From NCBI RefSeq assembly GCF_041912895.1, contig NZ_JAYSGI010000002.1, positions 521,339 through 585,338 on the forward strand: a stretch of DNA of 64,000 nt, given 5' to 3'. Made by a program: the position numbers and the translations under genes. Positions 9,642-19,293 of the stretch are shown one piece after another. The stretch is from Pelagerythrobacter sp. (GTDB lineage: Bacteria; Pseudomonadota; Alphaproteobacteria; Sphingomonadales; Sphingomonadaceae). Position 1 is the first letter of the stretch. Each line of letters opens with the position of its first letter. The notes beneath the pieces were generated by a model. It saw only the letters and a program-made list of their open reading frames with translations, ran no database searches and was not told the DNA's origin.

Positions 9642-10556
9642 ATGGGCCTCAATATCGACGAACAGAAAGCGGTCGACCGCTTTCGCAAGGACGTGGTCGA
9701 ACCGTCGATGTCGAACCTCGTCATCCTCGATTTCTGGGCCGAATGGTGCGGGCCGTGCAAGGCGCTGACCCCGGTGCTGGAGAAAGTCGCCGCCGACTAT
9801 GCCGACAAGGGCGTGGTGCTGGCCAAGGTGAACGTGGACGAGGAACAGTTCATCGCCAGCCAGTTCCAGGTCCGCTCGATCCCCACGGTCTATGCGATGT
9901 TTCAGGGCCAGCCGGTCGCCGACCTGACCAATGCGCGCAGCGAATCGCAGCTCAAGCAGATGCTCGACCAGCTGCTCGAGAAGCTGCCGCTCGATGGCGC
10001 GGGCGGCGGTGCGGGCGGCCAGCAGGCGCAGGACGTCGAGCAGTTCGTGACCATGGGCGAGCAGGTGCTGGCCGAAGGCGACGGCGAACGCGCCGCGGGC
10101 ATCTTCGCGCAAGTGATCGACATGGCGCCCGACAACGCCGCCGCCCATGCCGGGTTGATCCGCGCGCTGGTCGCCGCGGGCCGGGCGGACGAGGCGCGCG
10201 CGCTGGCCGATGCGCTCGATCCGGCACTGGCCGAAGACCCCGCGATCAAGACTGCGCGCAGTGCACTCGAACTCGCGGGCACGAAAGTCGACGACGGCGA
10301 GCTCCAGGCGCTGCGCGCCGGCGCGGCGGAAGATCCGGCCGACATGGACAAGCAGCTCGCCTTCGCCGAAGCGGCCTTCGCCGCCGACAGCCGCGGCGAG
10401 GCCGCCGACACGCTGCTGGCGATGGTCGAGCGCGACCGCGAGTGGAACGAAGGTGCGGCGCGCGCCAAGCTGCTCCAGATCTTCGAGGCGGTCGGGCTGG
10501 AAGACCCGTGGGTGGTCGCCACGCGGCGGCGGTTGTCGAAGATCCTGTTCGGCTGA
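9642..10556 (+). CDS. Thioredoxin-TPR chaperedoxin (YbbN/CnoX family)
   Basis: LDFWAEWCGPCK thioredoxin site followed by TPR helices, ends RRRLSKILFG. Confidence 0.92.
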   Translation: MGLNIDEQKAVDRFRKDVVEPSMSNLVILDFWAEWCGPCKALTPVLEKVAADYADKGVVLAKVNVDEEQFIASQFQVRSIPTVYAMFQGQPVADLTNARSESQLKQMLDQLLEKLPLDGAGGGAGGQQAQDVEQFVTMGEQVLAEGDGERAAGIFAQVIDMAPDNAAAHAGLIRALVAAGRADEARALADALDPALAEDPAIKTARSALELAGTKVDDGELQALRAGAAEDPADMDKQLAFAEAAFAADSRGEAADTLLAMVERDREWNEGAARAKLLQIFEAVGLEDPWVVATRRRLSKILFG

Positions 10557-10562
10557 TCCCCG

Positions 10563-11174
10563 TTGTCCACCCGCCTCGCCATCTTCCCGCTGCCCGGCGC
10601 GATCCTGTTTCCCGGCCTGCAACTGCCGCTGCACGTGTTCGAGCCGCGTTACCGCGCACTGGTGGGCGAGGCGCTGGTGCGCGACCGGCGGATCGCGATG
10701 ATCCAGCCGCAAAGCCCGGCCGAGGGCTCCGCGCTGTTCGCGATCGGCTGCGTCGGGCGGATCGGCGAGGTCGAGGCGCTCGAAGACGGGCGCTACAACA
10801 TCGTGCTCGAAGGCGAATCGCGCTTCCGCGTGCTGCGCGAACTCGACGTGACCACCCCGTTCCGCCGGATCGAGGCCGAGCTGATCGCGGACGACCAGGA
10901 CGAAGTGCTGAGCAGCGTCGAGCGCGCCGGGTTCGAGCACGAGGCGCGCCGCTTCGCCGATGCGCAGGGCTACAGCGTGGACTGGGATTCGGTCGAGCGG
11001 CTCGACGACATGGCGCTGATCAACGGCGTATCGCAGATCGCGCCGTTCGACCCGGCGGCGAAGCAGGCGCTGCTGGAGGCCGGGACACTGGGCGAACGAT
11101 GCGAGCTGCTGATCCAGCTCATGCAGTTCTTCGGCCACCGCGACGGCGACGGTGACAGAGTGACGTTGCAGTAG
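10563..11174 (+). CDS. LON peptidase substrate-binding domain protein
   Basis: RLAIFPLPGAILFPGLQLPLHVFEPRYRALV; TTG start 6 nt after the ybbN-like gene. Confidence 0.9.
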   Translation: MSTRLAIFPLPGAILFPGLQLPLHVFEPRYRALVGEALVRDRRIAMIQPQSPAEGSALFAIGCVGRIGEVEALEDGRYNIVLEGESRFRVLRELDVTTPFRRIEAELIADDQDEVLSSVERAGFEHEARRFADAQGYSVDWDSVERLDDMALINGVSQIAPFDPAAKQALLEAGTLGERCELLIQLMQFFGHRDGDGDRVTLQ

Positions 11175-11184
11175 CTTGTTTCGC

Positions 11185-11462
11185 CTCAAGCGCCGGCGGC
11201 CGCATCCGCGGCCTTGGCTATCCTCGCTCACACGCCCTTCGGGCGCGTCGCTGCGGGCGCGCGTTCGCGCTTGCGGTCGGCTGGTCGCCGACCGATCCCT
11301 TCCAAGCCATGGCTGTCAGGCACCGAAACATTCCCGGACTAAGCTGTCGGGCGAAAGTCCGGTCCGCGACCAGCGGATCGCAAGGCCGAACGGCCGCCCG
11401 CAGGCGCCCCGTAGCGTAGCGGAGGGAACAGCGCCGAGGATGTCCGCCCGGATGGGCGGGCG
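11185..11462. repeat. Composite palindromic (REP/BIME-like) element with two diverged inverted units
   Basis: 11220-11282 and reverse complement of 11372-11441 share ATCCTCG...CTGCGGGCG..GTTCG..CTTGCG.TC.GCT; several internal hairpins; lies between convergent genes. Confidence 0.7.
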
Positions 11463-11466
11463 TAAC

Positions 11467-12087
11467 TCAAAAGAACGCCCCCCGCAGCCCGTCGATCACG
11501 TACTGTGCCGCCAGCGCTGCGAGCAGGACGCCCAGCAGGCGCGTTATCACCGCTTCCACGCGGTCGCCGAGCAGGCGGATCAGCGGGGCGGCGGCGAGGA
11601 AGGCGGCCAGCGTGATCGCCAGCACCAGCAGCAGCGCGCCGAGCACGACCAGCATCTGGTTGGTGCTGTCGGCCTCGTTCATCAGCAGCATGATCGCGGC
11701 GATCGCGCCCGGCCCGGCGAGCATCGGCATCGCCATCGGGAAGACCGACACGTCCTCGATCTCCGGCGTGGCGGCGACTTTCTCTGCGCGTTCCTCGCGC
11801 CGCTGGGTGCGCTTCTCGAACACCATCTCGAACGCGATCCAGAACAGCATCAGCCCGCCCGCGATGCGGAAGCTGTCGAGCTCGATATGGAGCGCGGCGA
11901 GCAGTTGCTGCCCAAACAGCGCGAAGACCAGCAGGATGGCGAGCGCGATCAGGCACGCGCGGATCGCCATCGAGCGCGACTGCGCGGCGCTCGCCCCCTT
12001 GGTCAGCCCGGCATAGATCGGCGCGCAGCCGGGCGGATCGATCACCACGAACAACGTGATGAAGGCGGAAATGAAGATCTCGGTCAT
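11467..12087 (-). CDS. marC: MarC family membrane protein
   Basis: FITLFVVIDPPG, SFRIAGGLMLF, VFPMAMPMLAGPGAI, ITRLLGVLLAALAAQY. Confidence 0.93.
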   Translation of the reverse strand: MTEIFISAFITLFVVIDPPGCAPIYAGLTKGASAAQSRSMAIRACLIALAILLVFALFGQQLLAALHIELDSFRIAGGLMLFWIAFEMVFEKRTQRREERAEKVAATPEIEDVSVFPMAMPMLAGPGAIAAIMLLMNEADSTNQMLVVLGALLLVLAITLAAFLAAAPLIRLLGDRVEAVITRLLGVLLAALAAQYVIDGLRGAFF

Positions 12088-12791
12088 CAGCCGCCGGTGG
12101 GCGCGGCGACCGAAACGGTCAAGACCTCTTCCGCCGCGCCGCCGATCAGCATCGTGACCGCCAGCGTGCGCGAGAGATCGGGGGCGACCGTCCAGGCATA
12201 GGCGAGCGTGCGATCGCGCGACATGCCGCCACCCTGCGTCGCCGTGTTCGCGCCGGGTGCGGCAGTGGCGGGCAAGCCGTCGCCGCCGCAATCGGCGACT
12301 TGCGTCTGAATGATGTCGGGCCTGGCCAGCGGCTCGGCCAGCGCGTCGCCCTGGTCGAGCACCCAGCGGTATTTCTCGTTGTCGCCCGCGCGGCCCTGCC
12401 GCTCCCACACGGTGGTGAAATAGCCCGTGCTGCCGTCGGGCCGCTGCCATGCGCCGCGCGTGACCGAAAGCGAGCCGTCGCAGCTCGCCCAGACCTCATG
12501 CGGCTGCCACTGGACTGGCTGCGGCGGATCGGCGCGGCCGGACAGCCATTCGCGCGCGTTGACCGCCTCGGGCACGAACATCACCGCATCGCCGGTCGAA
12601 AATTCGCGGAAGGCGGTCCACTGCCCTTCCTCGCGCGCCTCGCGGGCGAAGGCGAGTTCGGCGGCCACCACCGCGCTCGGGTTGGCCTGCTCGGACAGCG
12701 AGCGATAGAAGCGCGTGCGCGGATCGTTGCTCCCGCTCGCGCAGCCGGCGAGCAGCGCGGCGATGCAGCCCAGCGCGAGCAGGTTCCTCAT
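12087..12791 (-). CDS. Lipoprotein with NTF2/SnoaL-like (DUF4440-type) domain
   Basis: Lipobox LLAGC; AELAFA...WQP...[11 protein letters not shown]...GYFTTVW; TGATG coupling to marC. Confidence 0.75.
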   Translation of the reverse strand: MRNLLALGCIAALLAGCASGSNDPRTRFYRSLSEQANPSAVVAAELAFAREAREEGQWTAFREFSTGDAVMFVPEAVNAREWLSGRADPPQPVQWQPHEVWASCDGSLSVTRGAWQRPDGSTGYFTTVWERQGRAGDNEKYRWVLDQGDALAEPLARPDIIQTQVADCGGDGLPATAAPGANTATQGGGMSRDRTLAYAWTVAPDLSRTLAVTMLIGGAAEEVLTVSVAAPTGG

Positions 12792-13684
12792 ATCGCATCC
12801 TCCGCCAGCGCGATTCCGGCGTTGCGGTGCGCGGCGACGAGCGTGTTCCTGAGCAGCACGGCGATCGTCATCGGGCCGACCCCGCCCGGCACCGGGGTGA
12901 TCGCGCCCGCGACCGCGCGCGCCTCGGCAAAGGCGACGTCGCCCACCAGCCGCCCCTTGGCCGTGCCGGGTTCGGGCGCCAGGCGGTTGATGCCCACGTC
13001 GATCACCGTCGCGCCGGGCTTCAGCCAGTCGCCCTTCACCATTTCCGCACGCCCGACCGCCGCGACGACGATGTCCGCGCGCCGCACCACGCCGGGCAGA
13101 TCCTTCGTCCGGCTGTGCGCGATGGTGACGGTGGCGTTGGCATCGGTGAGAAGCTGCGCCATCGGCTTGCCGACGATGTTCGAACGGCCGATGACGACCG
13201 CGTCCAGCCCCGAAAGATCGCCCAGCCGGTCGGCCAGCAGCATCATGCAGCCCAGCGGTGTGCACGGGACGAAGCCGCGCCGGCCCACGGCGAGCCGCCC
13301 GGCGTTGATGACGTGGAACCCGTCCACGTCCTTGTCCGGGTCGATCGCGGCGATCACCGCCTGTTCGTCGATATGTTTCGGCAGCGGGAGCTGCACGAGG
13401 ATGCCGTCGACCGCCGGATCGGCATTGAGCCGTTCGACCAGCGCGAGCAGGTCGGCTTCGGACGTATCGTCAGCCAGCCGGTGCTCGAAACTTTCCATGT
13501 TGGCGGCGAGCGTGGCCTTGCCCTTGCTGCCGACATAGACCTGGCTCGCCGGATCTTCGCCCACCAGCACCACCGCGAGGCCCGCCTTGCGCCCCGCCGC
13601 AGCGGCGAAATCGGCCGCCAGCGCGCCGACCTTCTCGCGCAGGGCGGCGGCGAACGCCTTTCCGTCGATAATGTCGGCCGCCAT
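12788..13684 (-). CDS. folD: Methylenetetrahydrofolate dehydrogenase/cyclohydrolase
   Basis: [44 protein letters not shown]. Confidence 0.97.
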   Translation of the reverse strand: MAADIIDGKAFAAALREKVGALAADFAAAAGRKAGLAVVLVGEDPASQVYVGSKGKATLAANMESFEHRLADDTSEADLLALVERLNADPAVDGILVQLPLPKHIDEQAVIAAIDPDKDVDGFHVINAGRLAVGRRGFVPCTPLGCMMLLADRLGDLSGLDAVVIGRSNIVGKPMAQLLTDANATVTIAHSRTKDLPGVVRRADIVVAAVGRAEMVKGDWLKPGATVIDVGINRLAPEPGTAKGRLVGDVAFAEARAVAGAITPVPGGVGPMTIAVLLRNTLVAAHRNAGIALAEDAI

Positions 13685-13968
13685 CAATAGCCCACGGCGA
13701 CGTAGATCAGCACGCGCATGAAGATCTGCAGCGCGATGATGAGCACCAGCGGCGAGAAGTCGATCGCGCCCGTTTGCGGCAGGATGCGCCGGATTGGGGC
13801 GAGCACCGGCTCGAGCAGCGAATTGATCGAGGTGTAGATCTGCGCGAGGAATTCGTTGCGCTGGTTGATGACGTTGAACGCGAACAGCAGCCCGATGATG
13901 AACTGGATGATGACGAGCATCACCACCACGTTGATCAGCATGCCGAGGATGTCGATGATGAGACCCAC
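13684..13968 (-). CDS. yggT: YggT family membrane protein
   Basis: [24 protein letters not shown]; GTG start. Confidence 0.92.
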   Translation of the reverse strand: MGLIIDILGMLINVVVMLVIIQFIIGLLFAFNVINQRNEFLAQIYTSINSLLEPVLAPIRRILPQTGAIDFSPLVLIIALQIFMRVLIYVAVGY

Positions 13969-14053
13969 GTAATTCCCTTTCCTGCCCGGTCGGCGTTTCG
14001 GGCGCCTTCCTACCCGTATCGGGGCCGCCGTAGCAACCGCCCGAGGCGCCTTA

Positions 14054-14947
14054 TCAGCCGGCGCGGATCAGCGTGCCCGCCCCGCGCGCGGTGAAGAATT
14101 CCAGCAGCATCGCGTGCGGCACCCGCCCGTCGAGCACCACCGCGGCCTCGCACCCCGCCTCGACCGCGTGGACGCAGGTTTCCAGCTTGGGGATCATGCC
14201 GCCGCCGATCGTGCCGTCTTCGCGCAGGCGGGCGATATCGGCGGGGGTGAGATCGCTGAGCAGCTCGCCGCCCTTGTCGAGCACGCCGGGAACGTCGGTC
14301 AGCAGGAACAGCCGCGCCGCGCCCAGCGCAGCGGCGATCGCGCCCGCCATGGTGTCGGCGTTGATGTTGTAGGTGTGGCCGTCCTCGCCAGCGCCGATCG
14401 GGGCGACGATCGGGATCATTCCGGCGCCGACAGCGGTATCGATCACCCGCGTATCGACCGCCGAGGGCTCGCCCACGAAGCCGAGATCGACCGCCTGCTC
14501 GATATTGCTGTCTGGGTCCTTCGCGGTGCGCTGGACTTTCGTCGCGGTGACGAGCCCGCCGTCCTTGCCCGAGATGCCCAGTGCCTTGCCTCCGGCCTGG
14601 TTGACCCAGCCGACGAGTTCCTTGTTGATCGCGCCCGACAGGACCATCTCGGCCACTTCGGCGGTCGCCTTGTCGGTCACGCGCAAGCCGTCGACGAACG
14701 TGCTCTCCACCCCCAGCTTCTTCAGCATCGCGCCGATCTGCGGCCCGCCGCCGTGGACCACCACGGGGTTGATGCCGACCGCCTTCAGCAGCACGATATC
14801 GTTGGCGAACTCGCGCGCGGCTTTTGGATCGCCCATCGCATGGCCGCCGTATTTCACCACGAAGGTGCGCCCGGCATAGCGCTGGAAATAGGGCAGCGCC
14901 TCGATCAGCACCTGGGCCTTGGCGATCGTCGCCGTCTCGTCGCTCAT
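14054..14947 (-). CDS. argB: Acetylglutamate kinase
   Basis: [42 protein letters not shown]. Confidence 0.97.
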   Translation of the reverse strand: MSDETATIAKAQVLIEALPYFQRYAGRTFVVKYGGHAMGDPKAAREFANDIVLLKAVGINPVVVHGGGPQIGAMLKKLGVESTFVDGLRVTDKATAEVAEMVLSGAINKELVGWVNQAGGKALGISGKDGGLVTATKVQRTAKDPDSNIEQAVDLGFVGEPSAVDTRVIDTAVGAGMIPIVAPIGAGEDGHTYNINADTMAGAIAAALGAARLFLLTDVPGVLDKGGELLSDLTPADIARLREDGTIGGGMIPKLETCVHAVEAGCEAAVVLDGRVPHAMLLEFFTARGAGTLIRAG

Positions 14948-15034
14948 ATTCGCAAAAACCTTCCCTGCCTGCCGCGCCCTAGCGACTGCGCGGGGGCGAG
15001 GAAAGCGATGATCTGCCGCGTGCCGGACAGGTCT

Positions 15035-15051
15035 TTAACGCCATCTAAACC
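15035..15051 (+). promoter_or_regulatory. CtrA-like box upstream of the Arg-rich mini-gene
   Basis: TTAA-CGCCATC-TAAA(CC): TTAA-N7-TTAA with one mismatch. Confidence 0.5.
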
Positions 15052-15132
15052 GTGCCGCGCATAGCCTGCTGCGCGGTTCGTCCCGAGCCTGCGCGATGCG
15101 GGCCGCGGACCGTTTGGAAAGGCGACGATCCA

Positions 15133-15285
15133 ATGACCGAGACCGGACGCGATTCGCATGCAAAGGCGGCCGATCGCCGCAAGGGCGACCGCCGCACGAA
15201 GCAGGAGCCATTCGCCGGGCCGGACCGGCGCGTCGGTGCCCGCCGCTCGGGCAAGGATCGCCGCGGCGCCGAGCGGATCGGTTAA
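15133..15285 (+). CDS. 50-aa arginine-rich peptide with FxGPDRR and four DRR motifs (candidate c-di-GMP binder)
   Basis: MTETGRDSHAKAADRRKGDRRTKQEPFAGPDRRVGARRSGKDRRGAERIG; AAAGG RBS 10 nt upstream. Confidence 0.7.
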   Translation: MTETGRDSHAKAADRRKGDRRTKQEPFAGPDRRVGARRSGKDRRGAERIG

Positions 15286-15298
15286 ACCTGCGATTAAC
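15283..15298 (+). promoter_or_regulatory. CtrA-like box
   Basis: TAAA-CCTGCGA-TTAAC overlapping the mini-gene stop, upstream of the 15401 gene. Confidence 0.35.
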
Positions 15299-15400
15299 GC
15301 GCTCCGTCCGGCGACGGCGCGGGGCAAACCGCCGCAACCGCGGGAGCTTTGCCGCACCTAGCCCGTCCTATCCATCTCGCCATTGAGAAGGATGGATACG

Positions 15401-15784
15401 ATGAACAGGATTCTCACGCTTTCGATCGCCCTCGCGCTCGGCGCCGGCGGCACGGCGGCGCACGCGCAGATCGTCGGCGGCACGACCGGTTCGGTCGAAG
15501 GCGCCGTCGGCCCCGTCACCGGCAATGTCGATACGACCGTGAATGCCGAAGCGGACGACCTCACCGGTCCGGTCAACGATACCACCACGCGGGTGCGCGA
15601 CACCGCCGACGAGACCGTCGACCGCACACGCGACACGACCGAAGAGGTGGTGGATCATGCCGATCACACCGTCGACGAAGCCGACGCCAGCGCCGATGTC
15701 GATGCGACGGTGGAAGCCGATGCCGACGACACGAGCGTCTCGGCCGACACCGAAGCCGAAGTGGATGCCGATCCCGAGGTCTGA
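15401..15784 (+). CDS. Secreted acidic low-complexity protein
   Basis: Signal peptide ending AHA-Q; mature part rich in D/T/A/V/E. Confidence 0.8.
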   Translation: MNRILTLSIALALGAGGTAAHAQIVGGTTGSVEGAVGPVTGNVDTTVNAEADDLTGPVNDTTTRVRDTADETVDRTRDTTEEVVDHADHTVDEADASADVDATVEADADDTSVSADTEAEVDADPEV

Positions 15785-15805
15785 CGTCGCATAGTGCGAA
15801 CCTGG

Positions 15806-15834
15806 AAAGGGCGGCGGGCGACTGCCGCCCTTTT
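15806..15834. terminator. Bidirectional intrinsic terminator
   Basis: AAAGGGCGGC...GCCGCCCTTTT between convergent genes. Confidence 0.8.
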
Positions 15835-16689
15835 CTATGCGCGCGCGGTCGCCTGCATCGCCTGTCGCCCGTCGCGCGCGAATGCCGCCAGTTCGATTGC
15901 GCCGTCCTTGCGCTTCATCGCGAGATGCAGCGGCTCCCCCGCGATCGCCGGGCTCATCCCGCGAAAGGCGAAGCTCGCGAGCGCGTTGTCGCCCAGTTCT
16001 TGCGCCGCCAGTTGCAGCAGCAGGCTGGCGGTCAGCGGCCCGTGGACGACGAGCCCGCGATAGCGCTCCACTTCCTCCGCATAGGGCGTGTCGTAATGGA
16101 TACGGTGAGTGTTGAAGGTCAGCGCCGAATAGCGGAACAGCACGCGCGGATCGGGCTGGACCACGCGGTGCGCATCCCATCCGGCGGGATCGAAGGCGCC
16201 TTCGTCCGACGGCGGGGGCGACAGCGGCGCGTTGGGCGCGGCGGCCTCGCGATAGACCAGCGTCTGCACCTCGCGCACCGCCGACACGCCGTCGGCGGCG
16301 GTTTCGTGCGCCACTTCGACGAAGACCATCGGGCCGCTGCGCCCCTCCTTCGCGGCGATCGAGGCGACGCGGGAAACGCGCTCGATCGCGGCGCCGACCG
16401 CGATGGGAGCGTGGAATTCGATCGCGCTGGAAGCCCACATCCGGCGCGCCAGCGGCACCGGTGGGAGGAAGCTGTCGGGGCTGTCGTCGCGCGCCGGATG
16501 CCCGTCCTCGCCCAGCGTGGCGGTCGGCGCGTCGGGGGTGCAGAGGCAGAAGTGGCTGCCCTGCGGCATCGCGGCGCCGGGTGCGGGCGGCGGCAGATCG
16601 AACGCGGCGCACCACCGCGCCGCGAGCGCAGGGTCGAGCCGATCCGCGCGGCGCTCCTCGCGCCCGATCCATGCCTGCCAGTCGCTCAT
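15835..16689 (-). CDS. Double hot-dog hydratase, mesaconyl-C4-CoA / itaconyl-CoA hydratase (Meh/Ich/HTD2)-like
   Basis: WQAWIGRE, LGEDGHP, LPPVPLARRMWA, LFRYSALTFNTHRIHYD..Y....E.Y.GLVVHGPL. Confidence 0.85.
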   Translation of the reverse strand: MSDWQAWIGREERRADRLDPALAARWCAAFDLPPPAPGAAMPQGSHFCLCTPDAPTATLGEDGHPARDDSPDSFLPPVPLARRMWASSAIEFHAPIAVGAAIERVSRVASIAAKEGRSGPMVFVEVAHETAADGVSAVREVQTLVYREAAAPNAPLSPPPSDEGAFDPAGWDAHRVVQPDPRVLFRYSALTFNTHRIHYDTPYAEEVERYRGLVVHGPLTASLLLQLAAQELGDNALASFAFRGMSPAIAGEPLHLAMKRKDGAIELAAFARDGRQAMQATARA

Positions 16690-16693
16690 TCCA

Positions 16694-16834
16694 TCCTCCC
16701 CCACCGGGGGAGGGGAACCACCCGCAGGGTGGTGGAGGGGCACGGCGATGTGATCCGGGCAGCAGATGTTCGGAGCAGCGGCCTGTGCCCCTCCACCATG
16801 CTATGCATGGTCCCCCTCCCCGTGCCGGGGAGGA
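16694..16834. repeat. ~141-bp palindromic element with two inverted CCTCCCC-hairpin arms
   Basis: Arms 16694-16743 and 16785-16834 are inverted; homologous copy at 53323-53464. Confidence 0.85.
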
Positions 16835-18052
16835 TCATGCCGCCCGCTCGAACAGTGCGGCGATGCCCTGGCCGCCGCCGATGCACATCGTCTCAAGCCC
16901 GTAGCGTACTTCGCGCCGGTGCATCTCGTGCGCCATGTCGGCGAGGATGCGCCCGCCCGTCGCGCCGATCGGGTGGCCGAGCGAGATGCCCGAGCCGTTG
17001 ACGTTGAGGATGTCGCGGCGGCTGTCGTCCGCGCTCCAGCCCCAGCCTTTCAGCACCGCGAGCACCTGCGGCGCGAACGCTTCGTTCAGTTCGACCAGGC
17101 CCACATCGTCCCAGCCCATGCCGGTGCGCGCGAGCAGCCGCTCCACCGCGGGCACGGGGCCGATGCCCATCCGGCTCGGGTCGCAGCCCGCCGCCGCGTA
17201 GCCGGTGAACCACAGCGAGGGAGCGAGGTCGAGTTCCTCCAGCTTGTCCTCCGCCACCACCAGGCACGCGGCAGCGGCGTCGTTCTGCTGGCTGGCGTTG
17301 CCCGCGGTGACGATGCCATTCTCCAGCGGGCGCAGCGCGCCGAGGCTCTCCATGCTCGCGTCCGGCCGGAAGCCCTCGTCGCGGTCGAACACCAGCGGGT
17401 CGCCGCGCCGCTGCGGCACCTCGAGCGGGACGAGCTGCGCGTCGAACCGCCCCGCCTCCCACGCGGCGGCGGCATTGCGGTGGCTGCGCACGGCGTATTC
17501 GTCGGCCTCCTCGCGCGTGATCCCGTAATCCTTCGCGAGGTTTTCGGCCGTCTCGATCATCCCGGTGATGACGCCGAACCGCTCGATCGGCTGGCTCATC
17601 AGCCGCCCGCGCGTCAGCCGGTCCCACAACTCGACGTCGCCCATCTTGGTGCCGCCGCGCAGGCTGGTGGTGTAATGCTCGACGTTGGACATGCTATCGC
17701 AGCCGCCCGCCACGACCACATCGGCATGGCCCGCCTCGATCATCATCGCCGCGTTGACGACCGATTGCAGCCCCGATCCGCAGCGCCGGTCGAGCTGGTA
17801 GCCGGGGACTTCCAGCGGCAGGCCCGCCGCGAGCCAGGCCCAGTGGCCGATCGCGGGCGCTTCCCCGCTGCCGTAGCCCTGGCTGAACACCACGTCGTCG
17901 ACGCGTTCGGGGTCGATCCCGCTGCGCTCGATCAGCGCCTTCAGGATCGCCGCGCCCAGATCGCCCGCGGTGAGCGGCGCGAGCGTGCCGAGGAAGCGCC
18001 CGACGGGCGTGCGCAAGGGGCTGACGATGGCAGCGCGGCGTTTGGCGGTCAT
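16835..18052 (-). CDS. Thiolase (acetyl-CoA C-acyltransferase)
   Basis: LDRRCGSGLQ, NEAFA, GSGISLGHPIGATG, ETMCIGGGQG. Confidence 0.95.
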   Translation of the reverse strand: MTAKRRAAIVSPLRTPVGRFLGTLAPLTAGDLGAAILKALIERSGIDPERVDDVVFSQGYGSGEAPAIGHWAWLAAGLPLEVPGYQLDRRCGSGLQSVVNAAMMIEAGHADVVVAGGCDSMSNVEHYTTSLRGGTKMGDVELWDRLTRGRLMSQPIERFGVITGMIETAENLAKDYGITREEADEYAVRSHRNAAAAWEAGRFDAQLVPLEVPQRRGDPLVFDRDEGFRPDASMESLGALRPLENGIVTAGNASQQNDAAAACLVVAEDKLEELDLAPSLWFTGYAAAGCDPSRMGIGPVPAVERLLARTGMGWDDVGLVELNEAFAPQVLAVLKGWGWSADDSRRDILNVNGSGISLGHPIGATGGRILADMAHEMHRREVRYGLETMCIGGGQGIAALFERAA

Positions 18053-19293
18053 GCTGGTCTCCTGAAACTGTCCTTGTCGCTCGCAGCGACCACGCCGCGA
18101 TCGATCAGTGCGGCAATTGCGCCCGACGCCAGCCCCAGTCGCTCGGCGAGCACTTCTTCGCTGTGCTGGCCGAGATAGGGCGCGGGCGCGGGATCGCCCG
18201 CCACGCGGCCGGGCAGGTTGGCGAAGCTGCGCGGGGCGGGGTATTCGAAGCCGCTCGGGTTGGCGGGCGAGGGGCCGAACAGCGGGTTGCCTGTCACCAG
18301 CGCCGGGTCGCCCGCCGCCTCGTGCATCGTGCGGTAGCGCTCGAACGTCGCGCCCGCCGCCGCCAGCCGCTCGGCCAGCACTGCGTAGTCCTCGCGTGCG
18401 GCTGCTTCCTGCACGATCGCGAACAGCGCCTCGCGATGGACGAAGCGGTGGTGATCGGACTGCGCGAATTCGACCCCGGCTTCGGCCTCCAGCGCGGCGA
18501 TCGGCTGCGCAATGTCGAGCGCGCCGACCATCGCGCGCCACTGCTTGCTGGTCAGCACCGCGATCATGAAGCGCTTGCCGTCGCGGCTGGTGAAATCGCG
18601 GCCCAGCGCACCCCAGATCGCGTTGCCGAGCCGTTCGCGGTCGTCCCCGCGATAGAGCATCTCGGCCATCGCGCCCGAGTTGGCCACCGTGCCCAGCATG
18701 ACGTCGCCCAGCGGCACGCGCACCTCGCTGCCCTCGCCGGTCGCGGCGCGGTGGTGCAGCGCGGCCAACAGCGCGAAGGCGCCATAGGCGCCGGTGATGA
18801 AATCCCACGCGGGCAGCACCTGGTTGACTGGCGGCGCGGTGTCCGCCGCCCATTCGTCAGGGCCGGTCATCAGCGGATAGCCGCTGGCCGCGTTGACGGT
18901 GAAGTCCATCGCCTGGCGCCCGTCGTGCCAGCCCATGATCCGCACCGAGACCATGTCGGGCCGCCCTTCGCTCACCGCCGCATGGGAGAGGAAGCTCTTC
19001 TCCGGCAGGTTGGTGACGAGCTGGCCGGTCGCGCGCGCCAGCTCGACGCACAGCTCGCGCCCCTCGCCGCCGCGCAGGTCGAGCGCGACCGATTTCTTCG
19101 CGCGGTTGAGATTCTCCCACGCAAGGCTGCGCCCTTCGGCGGTCTGCATGTAGCGGTCGTAATCCAACCCGCCGCCGATCTGGTCGACGCGAATGACCTC
19201 CGCGCCCATCTGCGCGCAATACAGCCCGGCGGTCGGCGAGGCGACGAAGCTCGACACCTCGACGAGCGAAAGGCCGCGGAGGAGATCGTACAT
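18049..19293 (-). CDS. Family III (CaiB/BaiF) CoA-transferase, Mct (2-methylfumaryl-CoA isomerase)-like
   Basis: VIRVDQIGGGLDY, VNQVLPAWDFITG, GALGRDFTSRDGKRFM; closely parallels Chloroflexus Mct as recalled. Confidence 0.85.
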   Translation of the reverse strand: MYDLLRGLSLVEVSSFVASPTAGLYCAQMGAEVIRVDQIGGGLDYDRYMQTAEGRSLAWENLNRAKKSVALDLRGGEGRELCVELARATGQLVTNLPEKSFLSHAAVSEGRPDMVSVRIMGWHDGRQAMDFTVNAASGYPLMTGPDEWAADTAPPVNQVLPAWDFITGAYGAFALLAALHHRAATGEGSEVRVPLGDVMLGTVANSGAMAEMLYRGDDRERLGNAIWGALGRDFTSRDGKRFMIAVLTSKQWRAMVGALDIAQPIAALEAEAGVEFAQSDHHRFVHREALFAIVQEAAAREDYAVLAERLAAAGATFERYRTMHEAAGDPALVTGNPLFGPSPANPSGFEYPAPRSFANLPGRVAGDPAPAPYLGQHSEEVLAERLGLASGAIAALIDRGVVAASDKDSFRRPA

